NCBI GenBank assembly: GCA_963693365.1
Contig: CAVNZM010000010.1
Span: 8,371,794 to 8,435,793, forward strand
DNA length: 64,000 nucleotides
Reading direction: 5' to 3'
Source: Amoebidium appalachense
Taxonomy: Eukaryota > Protista > Ichthyosporea
In this document: positions 20,836 through 40,312 of the stretch, in pieces
Position numbering within the stretch: position 1 is the first letter of the stretch
Layout of the letters: each line of letters begins with the position of its first letter
Notes under the pieces: generated by a model
What the model was told of the DNA's origin: nothing
The model's database searches: none
The model's input: the letters and a program-made list of their open reading frames with translations, nothing else
Position numbers and translations under genes: made by a program

Positions 20836-21257
20836 CACACACACACACACACACACACACGTGCCACATGCACACTGGACTCTGCTGAGCCTCCTCCATT
20901 CATTCAATGCAATATTAATCACGTATACGTATCATACGAGTCAGACTTCAAGCTCCAGTGCACACGGCCCCCATATATTGCCTTTGCAAGTTCCTTGAAT
21001 TGCTTGCTGAAGAGGGATAAACCAAGATTTGCTTATCCGATTTCTTCTCTTCCTGAGTTCTCCTCATCGTTGTCTAATAAAAACATGTCTATAGCTAGGG
21101 CCCGCTCTGACACCACACTGAGGTGCACCAATATTGCATGCTGCAGACACGTACAACATGGCAAACATGTTGACCATATGCATGGCGGGCTATTTGATGC
21201 TAGCGCTGGACTTAAATGCTATGGATGGGCCAGTCCTGGCAATTTCCAGTGACCATT

Positions 21258-21453
21258 TTACATGTGCTTTGTGCAGGCTAGGCTGTACACAGGCCACCCT
21301 TGTGCACACACGGTATCTTGTGTGACAGACAGACAGAGTCAGCAGGTGGTAGCGGTGCAGGTCACCTGACCAGGGTTTGGCGCATGATTGCGCCATCATG
21401 GGTGCTGGTGCGCGAGAAGCCAATCAGAGGAACTACGCACCGTGGAATGTGGT
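21258..21453. repeat. 196-bp host duplication, copy 1 (copy 2 at 23956-24151)
   Basis: TTACATGTGCTTTGTGCAGG...CGTGGAATGTGGT occurs twice at offset 2698 with one visible mismatch (ggCtgtac vs ggGtgtac). The two copies exactly bracket the retroelement fragment. Confidence 0.95.
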
Positions 21454-21649
21454 TGCCGGAGGCAAGACCATTTCTTGCTACCGTCGTGGCTCCCCGAGAC
21501 TCATGGACATGAAATCAGAGGCAAGTACGGAAGTTTATTATTTTGAAAATAAAATAAATACTTAAAAAGAATGTTATGAATAACTGTTGATGGACATCTA
21601 ACGAACCATGAAAACTATGGTGTGTGTACGTGCATGTAAGTGCACGTAC

Positions 21650-21698
<49 letters not shown>

Positions 21699-21762
21699 CT
21701 ACCCTAAAGAAGGAAACAGTGTCCCTAACGCGCAATGGCCAAGGACACCCCTTCATCTATCC
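21454..21762. repeat. Direct repeat B (309 bp), second copy at 22202-22522
   Basis: TGCCGGAGGCAAGACC...CTTCATCTATCC is repeated. The copies differ in (GT)n length and one substitution (ccctaaag vs cccttaag). Confidence 0.95.
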
Positions 21763-22201
21763 CCACAACAGGGCTGGGAGGGCGGGGAAATCAACAGAAA
21801 AAAGGACAACTAGCTAAGGCAACTAGTTTGTGCGCTTTTACACTAGCACCACCAAACTTAGTTCAACCAACTAACTCTACAAATCCCTTTTACCTCTGAT
21901 GCCAGACACTCACACAAACGCTAAAACGAAAACCAAAGACTGAAATCCAAACGACATGTACTCCTTTTTATACCCGTTCCCAGGATGCATTTGGAATTTG
22001 AAGCCAGACTGAAGAAACCAATCAAATGCTTTAAAATCTGACCAGATCAAAACATGCAATCAAAACCGAACCACACTAACTATATATGGAAACCAGCAAT
22101 CCAACACAACTAATGCATGACAAATAACCAATCACCTCACCGCAATGCCACTCGGTGGATCTTCGTCTCTCACCGCTGCCTCCTCCCGCTTGAAAACCAC
22201 A

Positions 22202-22397
22202 TGCCGGAGGCAAGACCATTTCTTGCTACCGTCGTGGCTCCCCGAGACTCATGGACATGAAATCAGAGGCAAGTACGGAAGTTTATTATTTTGAAAATAA
22301 AATAAATACTTAAAAAGAATGTTATGAATAACTGTTGATGGACATCTAACGAACCATGAAAACTATGGTGTGTGTACGTGCATGTAAGTGCACGTAC

Positions 22398-22458
<61 letters not shown>

Positions 22459-22522
22459 CTACCCTTAAGAAGGAAACAGTGTCCCTAACGCGCAATGGCC
22501 AAGGACACCCCTTCATCTATCC
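22202..22522. repeat. Direct repeat B (321 bp), copy proximal to the ORF
   Basis: Near-identical to 21454-21762. Confidence 0.95.
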
Positions 22523-22635
22523 AAATCTACCTAACTTGCTTTTGTGATAGTTTTAAAGCTTTGTGAATTCCTTTGTGTTTCTGAGCTCTACAGTGTACTC
22601 ACCCGGGCTTGGCCGTATGTGTAGGAAAATAATGA

Positions 22636-23955
22636 TTAGCACTGGAGTAATTCTGATTCCCACACACTGAGTGCATCCTCGGTTCTGACAAACGCATCCA
22701 TATAGTATCTTGGATAGAAGTGGTGAATGGCCGCCAAAACCGTTCGACAGTGGGCCAGCCCATTGTGCAGCCGTGAAGGTCTTGGATCATGATACAGCTC
22801 TGCAGCATAACTGCTTAGAAGCTCATCAATAACCCAGACATTTTCGCACCGGTCGATACCCCGGGTAGTCTTACACCAGCCAACAAATCGGTCTATCACC
22901 CTATCATAATGACGGATGATAGCTGATTGTCTGTCGATGTTCAATACCCGTGCCACCCTGGGACTCGGAACGATTGCGCGTGACGGTTCATCCGCGGGGT
23001 TATGTGCTGACGGCACCCACACCCAGGATGGACGCACTGCTGCTGCGCACAGGAGAGCTGCCACTCTTCTACAGAGGTGGTTCAGGCGCCTAGAGCTTGA
23101 TCTCCCCTTCGCCACAGCATACACCAACGCTGTGTTGTCAATCAGATGTGCGACCCGTGTGTGATGATTACGTGGAGCTCGTACAAAACGACGAAGTGAC
23201 AAAAGCAACGCATGTCCCTCTAAAATGGTGATGTGATCTGTGTGCTGCCACCGTGCGGAAATGGGATGGTACCACTGCAAGCCATCCACCATATCCAACA
23301 AGCTAGCGGCGCATGCGGGGGGCTCCGGCTCAAGTGACTGAGGAACGGAGGTGGGCTCTTCAATTTCATTTGCAACATAAACATTGCTGCGCTCGACCGA
23401 TGACGGCATATAACGAGGGTCGCCGGCCTTCGTGTCGTGCCCGTCGAGGGAAAGAAAGGAATACCCAGGTTTTGAGACGGACTGGGACAGCGCCAATAAT
23501 GATTGCTCGACCGTGACATTGGCAACCGACACCCCTGCGCCAGTCATGGACGCATCCGAGGCCAGCACGACGGAGGCTGGCTGAGCCGACAGATCACACA
23601 CCACCAAGGGAGATAATGCAATCAACATAGACAATTCGACCTTAACTGCGAGGGGAATAGTGAGATCTGTCAGTGGCGTCGTGACATTGGAGTAAACAAA
23701 CTCGTAGCAAGATTCCAACACTGAGAAAAGGCACCTATTCAAAAGTAACAACCAAGCCCAGCCCTTCAACAACCGGGATAAATTTCGTGGAGACACTGCT
23801 TGCAGGCGTAAAACGACTTCAGTGTCAGCCAGAAGCTTGGCTAGCTTAGAAGAGTCGGGTCGAATTTTACCGTCGGACCCAATGGCGAGACCGAGTGCCA
23901 CCGTTTCGGGTGTAGTTCGGGCTGCTCGCACCGTCTTTGACGGCTTGATTTCGAA
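22636..23955 (-). pseudogene. Truncated pol-YR ORF: RT tail + DIRS-type RNase H + recombinase core-binding domain
   Basis: The frame is open from the junction (FEIKPSKT...ALGLAI, RT terminal motifs). RNase H motifs: ASDAS, HITILEG, IDNT, KGRSSS, WVPSAHNPADEPSR. It continues HYDRVIDRFVGWC...DELLSSYAAELYH...LAAIHHFYP, resembling a YR N-terminal domain. There is no YxDD and no R-H-R-Y catalytic domain. Confidence 0.8.
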
Positions 23956-24151
23956 TTACATGTGCTTTGTGCAGGCTAGGGTGTACACAGGCCACCCTTG
24001 TGCACACACGGTATCTTGTGTGACAGACAGACAGAGTCAGCAGGTGGTAGCGGTGCAGGTCACCTGACCAGGGTTTGGCGCATGATTGCGCCATCATGGG
24101 TGCTGGTGCGCGAGAAGCCAATCAGAGGAACTACGCACCGTGGAATGTGGT
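23956..24151. repeat. 196-bp host duplication, copy 2
   Basis: Matches 21258-21453. Confidence 0.95.
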
Positions 24152-24802
24152 GGACGTACATGGAAGATTGATGCGCATTTTCATTGGCTGCGCTGGAGGT
24201 GTCTCTGTCTCACTTTCGGAGACGAAAAAAGTGTGTGCCGAGCTCGAGTCTCGGTGCTTCTTTGCAAACTTCAGACCCACGCACCACTTACAACTGTATT
24301 TTAGAGTTTTGTATAAAGCTGGGCTCACTGGCAATGCAAACCACGGTCATAAACCCAACTGTCTACTCCGGATCCCAAGGGTGTTTCCCAACGTCCCCAC
24401 TACTTGTGCAAACCTCACCAAGAAAAATATTTCTGATTGGTCCAAACTCACAGTGCACAGTTTGTGTAAACATTTAACCCCTTTTTATTGGCTGTAACGG
24501 TACCGTGGCTCACCAGAAGAATGCCTGTAAAATTCTTGTGCGACTGTGCACAGTCGTCAGACCTTGATGACTCAACTTGGGTTCAGAACGAAACGAGAAG
24601 AAGAAAAGAAGGCTCCTTGCGGGAGATAAGTAAGGGCACGATTTAAAAGGGAGTGAGATAAACAGAACTACAGAGTCTTTTGATTCGAATGCATCCCTTT
24701 TTGCTTGTGTAAATCAAGTGCAGTCAAACCTGAGAAGAGCCCTTTGCGTCCATCCGTGGATCACAAACAACCTTTTCTTTCACAGAAAAATCAACAAGAA
24801 GA

Positions 24803-34140
<9,338 letters not shown>

Positions 34141-34617
34141 TCTGGCTATGTGGGGGTGCCACGAGATGACTGTGCACGGACACAGGTTGTACAGGACAGT
34201 GTCACTGTATGAAGAATATTGTATTGATATTGTGCGATAATAGAAGAGCCACTAGTTGCGCACCAAGGCTACCAGTGGGCAGCCCTAGGCCTGACAGTAT
34301 ACGTAATATCAAATTTCATGCATGTTTGGCATGTACTGGCAACAGGAAACATCAAAATGAACATCTTTTTATTAAGTATTGCCGTATCAGTGTCTACTCC
34401 CAGGCCCAGGTCCAGAGGAAAAAAGATGCACCCATTATCTAAGACTTGCTTGTCACGTAGTGTGCGACAAATATCAAACCAATATTGTTATGTGAAGTGT
34501 GCATCCATGCGCTGCGATTGTCAAACACAATCTGTTGTATGTACGTATTGGGGGTGTGTGGGTGGGTGTGTGTGTGGGGGGGGGGGGGGGGGGGGGGGGG
34601 GGGGAGGGGGGGGGGAG

Positions 34618-34651
<34 letters not shown>

Positions 34652-34665
34652 CGGAGGGGGGATAC

Positions 34666-35373
34666 TGTTACTTTGTGTGGGTAAACGGAGAAGCAGAGAG
34701 CACAGATGGGTGTTATGTAAAACACAACACAAAGACACACGGGAAAAACACAACCGGAGAGGAGGAACGATTTCTGGAACCATAGGAAGTGAATACGACT
34801 GCTTGTGATTTATTTCAAGATGAGGTCCCTTTTATACTTGGGAATGTGAAACGATAAACCAATCAAAAGAATGAAAACTATGAGTGTAAAATATATCGAA
34901 TAAAATGTCTGTCGACATTTAGAATATAAAACTCAATCCTCTAATGAAAGAAACTTCTAATAAAAGCACGGAAACATTTAATAAAATGAAACCACTTATG
35001 TAACTATTAATTCATAACATATATTTATACATGTTCTTATCATAACACGTCTAAATATAATTATTCCTAATAGTTGAAGAACATAGCACAATGCTACGTC
35101 GTGGGAAAGGAATGAGAAAGGAATGTAAGTTACTATATTTGGGAAAATACAAACGAGATATGATTGGATGACATATATAGATTTTGACGCAAACGACAAT
35201 ACGTGTGCGCGAGCTAAGTATGTCGATACGTACACAGATCTAAGATGTCGTGTACACGGAAACGGAAAAGAAAGAAAGAAATGAAGAAAGGAAAAGGAAA
35301 CAAACTACAACAACTAATAAATAAATACCAAACTCAACTTCTAAGTCTTGCTGAGAATTAAGTGAAGATGACA
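34666..35373 (-). repeat. 3' LTR of the Copia element
   Basis: Matches 38338-39045 at offset 3672. Confidence 0.97.
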
Positions 35374-35385
35374 TCCCCACTCAAG
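35374..35385 (-). other. Polypurine tract of the Copia element
   Basis: CTTGAGTGGGGA directly precedes the 3' LTR on the minus strand. Confidence 0.8.
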
Positions 35386-35854
35386 GGTTGGAAGTTGGGT
35401 TCTCGTGAAGTTTGTTGATGTGACTGTTGATGTTAAGACTTCCACACATGTAGAAGTAGGTGCCGTGAAGTCACAGTCAAGTTTCCCCACTCGAGAAGAC
35501 AATGGAGAAGACTTGAAGGTGCAAGCCGGGGAAGAAAACCAAAACGGAAGAAGCACACAACGACGGTTGCCTCTGAAGACTCGGAAGATGACGGTAGCCA
35601 ATGACGTGATATATTAATATATATAGAAGAAACAACTAGTGTATGTGTGACGTGTTGGTGGCTAATGATAAATACATTATATATATGGTGGTATATAAAT
35701 AAACGACGGATGGTGGAGAAGAAATCCCCACTGAAGATGCACACACTGAAGATCGATGAAGACAGCAGTAGACTTTCGTTGGGAGGTGTCTCTACACGGT
35801 GATGTGTAGACCACTGGCCAGGGCCCCAACCTACTTGAAGACCACTGTAGATGA

Positions 35855-35905
<51 letters not shown>

Positions 35906-35906
35906 C

Positions 35907-38261
35907 TCAGTCACGAAGACTGAGTGAATCACGGTGCTGCTCGTGGGAGGGCCCGGGCAGGGGCTTGGTGAAGATGTCAGCCACGTTGTCTTTGCTGGAC
36001 ACGTAGGTGACGACCACATCCCCACTCTTGATGTAGTCCTTCGTGTTGTGGTAACGGACTGCAATGTGTTTGGTCCGGTGCTTGATGCTGTTGGTGTGCA
36101 GGAGGGCAATGGTGGACTGGTTGTCACAGTAGACGGGGGTGGGGTCGGTCATCGGGTAGCCGAGTTCACGGAGGAGATCACGGTGCCAGATGACGTTTTG
36201 AACAGCAGCATTGATGGCCAGAAGCTCAGCCTCGGTGGTGGATGTTGCCGTGATGGACTGCAGCTTCGAATACCATGTGATGGGTATGCCCTTGAAGAAG
36301 ATGACGTATCCGGTGGTTGAACGACGGGTGTTGGGGCAGTTGGCAAAGTCAGCATCAGAATAACACTCCAGCAAGGGGGTGTTGTCGTCGGAAGCAGACT
36401 TGTCGTAGTGAAGGCCGAGGTTGGAAGTGCCGATGAGGTACCGAACTATACGGAGTAGACATTCCCATGCAAGTTTGGTGGGGTTGGCACTGAATCTACC
36501 GAGGTAGCCGATGGCAAAGGAGATGTCGGGCCGGGAACAACGAGCAACCCACAAAAGACGGCCGAGTAGTTCACGGTAGGGAACCTTGATGGGTGGTGAG
36601 TCGTTCTCGTTGATGGTGATGACGGTGCCGACGGGAATGGGAGTAGCCTTGGGGTGAGCATCGTTGAGGTTGAAGTTTCTGACGATGTCGTTGATGTAGG
36701 ATTGCTGAAGCAGCTTGAGGTGACCGGGGGTGTGGATGAGCTGGGTGCCAAGGAAGATGTCGGGAAGGTCAACCTTGCAGAGAGCTGACTTCATGATGTG
36801 GTCTACTAGATCCTTGGTGTGGGAGGAGTTGGCCGTGCAGATGATGATGACGTCGTCCACATAGTTGCCAGTGAGGATGATGTCACCATTGGGGAAGGTC
36901 TTGATGTAGACACATGGATCTGAACGGAGACGTTCGAGACCGTGAGCAAGGAGGACCTTGTCGAAGTACTCATACCAGGCCAGTGATGCTTGCTTGAGCC
37001 CGTAGAGTGCCTTCTTAAGTTTCCAGACCTTGTGTTCGTTGCCGGGGGTGATGAAGCCAGGTGGTGGCTCAATGTAGATGTCTTCTTGAAGAGGACTGTT
37101 GAGGAAGGCAGTTGAGACGTCGAGTTGATGAATCTCATGGTTGCCGTCCACACCGATGGCAAGGAGGGCACGGACGGAGGAGGACATCACCACGGGGGAA
37201 GAGGTGTCACCGTAGTCAACACCGTAGACTTGAGTGAAGCCCTTTGCAACACCACGAGCTTTGATCTTGGTGTCACCTTTCTCCTGCTTGGCACGACGAG
37301 CAACTGTGCAGCCAGGCTCCGGGCATGCTGTGATGTGGTGGGGCTCATGGCAGTAGGAACACTTCACACTGTTGGTGTTGTGCTGTCGGTTACGGTTGTC
37401 CCTGTTACCACGGTGGTAAGGGGAAGTTGAACGGGGCCCGGGTGACTTGGAGGGAGGACGAGGATCACGGGAACGGGACGGGGAACGGTGAGGTGTATGC
37501 TCACGTCGAGGAATACGGTTACGGAGGTCACCGGGGGGAAGCACTCTGCTCTGGAGTGCACGGAGGGGACGGTTGTTGACGGTTGCACCTGTGCCTGCGT
37601 CGATGAGGCCGGCACGGATTTCAGCTCCTCGGATGTCACTGATGAGCATGTTGAAGGACGGGTAGGCCTTGTTGTTCATCCAGTAGTCGGAGCAGAGACG
37701 TTCAATGTCGGGGCAGACCAGGGCTTTGTTCTTCCGGATGTGGAGGAAGAACTTACGTACGACATCCTTGTGCTGGACGGGTTCGTCGAGGCAGGCAAGT
37801 GTCGTAGCCAGACGTTGGAGACGGGTGAGGTATGCTGTGACGTTGGGGTAGTCTCGTAGTTCAAGCTCCTCGAAGGTGACTTGAATCTGGGTGACTCGGG
37901 CCTCCTTCTCTGCTACATACGCCATACGTAGGTTGTGGAAGACTTCACCACCGTGGACACCGTCTTGCATCCGGCCGGAGTCGTAGAGCTCGGTCGGGTG
38001 GACGGACTGGTTGAGGATCTGGTCGAGGACGTCGGAAGCTCTCTTGTAGGAGTCCTTGGTGGTGTAGCCTAGCCACTGGTTGGCTTCAGCGCCGTCAACC
38101 CACTGTGGCCTCTTGATAGCGTCAACGAATTTCTCGGCAATGGTGGTTCTAATGAACCGGTGAATGAGTGGCTCCCACTCGAAATAATTAAGATGTTTCT
38201 CGTCTCGTTTCTCGGACGGATTCCATATTGGAAGGTTGATATACGACGGTTTGTCAGTCAT
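35907..38261 (-). CDS. Copia Gag-RT-RNase H fusion polyprotein (784 aa)
   Basis: Gag with the zinc knuckle CSYCHEPHHITAC. About 20 aa later come the RT motifs KARGVAKGFTQ, LDVSTAFLN, LKKALYGLKQAS and YVDD. RNase H motifs follow: YSDADFA, STTEAE, YCDNQS, KHIAVRYH, ADIFTKPL. Confidence 0.95.
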   Translation of the reverse strand: MTDKPSYINLPIWNPSEKRDEKHLNYFEWEPLIHRFIRTTIAEKFVDAIKRPQWVDGAEANQWLGYTTKDSYKRASDVLDQILNQSVHPTELYDSGRMQDGVHGGEVFHNLRMAYVAEKEARVTQIQVTFEELELRDYPNVTAYLTRLQRLATTLACLDEPVQHKDVVRKFFLHIRKNKALVCPDIERLCSDYWMNNKAYPSFNMLISDIRGAEIRAGLIDAGTGATVNNRPLRALQSRVLPPGDLRNRIPRREHTPHRSPSRSRDPRPPSKSPGPRSTSPYHRGNRDNRNRQHNTNSVKCSYCHEPHHITACPEPGCTVARRAKQEKGDTKIKARGVAKGFTQVYGVDYGDTSSPVVMSSSVRALLAIGVDGNHEIHQLDVSTAFLNSPLQEDIYIEPPPGFITPGNEHKVWKLKKALYGLKQASLAWYEYFDKVLLAHGLERLRSDPCVYIKTFPNGDIILTGNYVDDVIIICTANSSHTKDLVDHIMKSALCKVDLPDIFLGTQLIHTPGHLKLLQQSYINDIVRNFNLNDAHPKATPIPVGTVITINENDSPPIKVPYRELLGRLLWVARCSRPDISFAIGYLGRFSANPTKLAWECLLRIVRYLIGTSNLGLHYDKSASDDNTPLLECYSDADFANCPNTRRSTTGYVIFFKGIPITWYSKLQSITATSTTEAELLAINAAVQNVIWHRDLLRELGYPMTDPTPVYCDNQSTIALLHTNSIKHRTKHIAVRYHNTKDYIKSGDVVVTYVSSKDNVADIFTKPLPGPSHEQHRDSLSLRD

Positions 38262-38324
38262 GATTGAAGCAGTAAGACTGAGAGATTTTCGCGGTTGTAG
38301 CGAGATTGTGTGTTAGCGTGCAAA

Positions 38325-38337
38325 GGGGCCGTAAACC
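38325..38337 (-). other. Primer-binding-site-like sequence
   Basis: GGTTTACGGCCCC abuts the 5' LTR and resembles the GGTTATGGGCCC half-tRNA PBS of Copia elements. Confidence 0.6.
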
Positions 38338-39045
38338 TGTTACTTTGTGTGGGTAAACGGAGAAGCAGAGAGCACAGATGGGTGTTATGTAAAACACAAC
38401 ACAAAGACACACGGGAAAAACACAACCGGAGAGGAGGAACGATTTCTGGAACCATAGGAAGTGAATACGACTGCTTGTGATTTATTTCAAGATGAGGTCC
38501 CTTTTATACTTGGGAATGTGAAACGATAAACCAATCAAAAGAATGAAAACTATGAGTGTAAAATATATCGAATAAAATGTCTGTCGACATTTAGAATATA
38601 AAACTCAATCCTCTAATGAAAGAAACTTCTAATAAAAGCACGGAAACATTTAATAAAATGAAACCACTTATGTAACTATTAATTCATAACATATATTTAT
38701 ACATGTTCTTATCATAACACGTCTAAATATAATTATTCCTAATAGTTGAAGAACATAGCACAATGCTACGTCGTGGGAAAGGAATGAGAAAGGAATGTAA
38801 GTTACTATATTTGGGAAAATACAAACGAGATATGATTGGATGACATATATAGATTTTGACGCAAACGACAATACGTGTGCGCGAGCTAAGTATGTCGATA
38901 CGTACACAGATCTAAGATGTCGTGTACACGGAAACGGAAAAGAAAGAAAGAAATGAAGAAAGGAAAAGGAAACAAACTACAACAACTAATAAATAAATAC
39001 CAAACTCAACTTCTAAGTCTTGCTGAGAATTAAGTGAAGATGACA
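38338..39045 (-). repeat. 5' LTR of the Copia element
   Basis: Contains minus-strand TTTGATTGGTTT (CCAAT box) upstream of GTATAAAAGGG (TATA-like). Confidence 0.97.
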
Positions 39046-39631
39046 GATACACCATCCTTGCAGGCAACGGTTACCGTGCACTGTTACAATATGACACCAA
39101 CCAGAGGGCACACGTGCGTACGCATGCGGGGGGGCGGACACACAGAAACGTGGCAAACACCAGTGTGTACACACTCCCCACACACGTACCGTGGCACACC
39201 CTCAAGCATACTGGCACATGCATGCACCCACACTGACCCACCGCGGCTGGTACACAATCACACATACGTACGTACGCACCACAGCACGAAAAGGTCAATA
39301 CGCTCCCACTGCATCGATCACGTGTCGTTGTCGCACCCAAACCCACCCACACACCCACTTTCTCGAGCCCTTAGACAGACCTGTGCCAAACATTTGATGG
39401 GCATGCATGCAAACAACTTGATGTTGCTGTAATTACCAAGTGTAATCCAAAACCACACTGCCCCATACATGTTATGATGTGTGTATGCCCCAATGGCACA
39501 AGTTCATTGCTGTATGTGGAGCGAGTAAGCATGCACACGTGACACTTGACTTGCCGTGTTGGACGTTCTTCCTTGAAATTGTGAGTGTGGAACTTTGGGT
39601 GTCTGCACGGTGTGTGTGTGTGTGCCTGTGC

Positions 39632-39668
<37 letters not shown>

Positions 39669-39676
39669 CCCCTTTT

Positions 39677-39711
<35 letters not shown>

Positions 39712-40106
39712 CGTGTGTGTGTGAGTTAAAAATGCAAATAGCCCCACAGGCGTGCGTGTCGGACTCCGAGGTGACAAAGGGAAACTTTTCGGTCAAACCA
39801 AAAGTAAAAGGATTGGTTCTTGTGTTTATTTCTGTTGAGTTTACTGGCGCCCGCACCCTTATCACCCCCACTCGTGTATTCTAATTAGCGGTCTGTATGG
39901 TGTGTCAGAATGTCATTGTATCACTCGTGGTGTGCATGAAACCCCCAATGCTGCAGCAGCACACAAGTTGCACACAGTGACTCTTTGCACCCACACAGCA
40001 AACCCACGTCTAAGAAGATTTCCTTTTAATTACTTATGCCGGAACCAGTCTGACATGTGACGTCATCTATATACGGCCCATGGGTGCGGACAGCGCACTT
40101 GGGCAC

Positions 40107-40276
40107 CTATTTCTTCAGGTAGAGGGTGCGCTTGACAGACTCGATGATGTTGGGGACCTGGGGCACAGCGTTGAACTCGAGGGTCTTGGCGTAGGGCAGG
40201 GGCACGTCCACAGACGAGCAGCGGAACACCGGTGCATCAAGGTAGTCGAACGCATCGGCTGCAGGGGGAAGAAGAG

Positions 40277-40312
<36 letters not shown>

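Larger units (their letters stand above)
21454..23955 (-). mobile_element. 5'-truncated tyrosine-recombinase (DIRS-order, split-direct-repeat type) retrotransposon
   Basis: Minus-strand order: RT C-terminus/RNase H/YR N-terminal ORF, repeat B1 (22522-22202), unique segment A (22201-21763), repeat B2 (21762-21454). This matches the B1-A2-B2 3' end of PAT/Ngaro-type elements. Confidence 0.75.
34666..39045 (-). mobile_element. Ty1/Copia LTR retrotransposon lacking protease and integrase, recently inserted
   Basis: 708-bp LTRs (TGT...ACA) at 34666-35373 and 38338-39045, identical by eye. 5-bp TSD GATAC at 34661-34665 and 39046-39050. PBS-like and PPT sites present, with a single 784-aa ORF. Confidence 0.97.

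Noticed and set aside
21454-22522. TRIM or small LTR element interpretation of the two B repeats
   Set aside because: There is no 4-6 bp TSD, shared CA terminus, PBS or PPT. Adjacency to a DIRS-type ORF favours split direct repeats, though this is not proven.
34996-35235. 79-aa ORF duplicated at 38668-38907
   Set aside because: It lies within the AT-rich LTRs; the duplication only reflects LTR identity.
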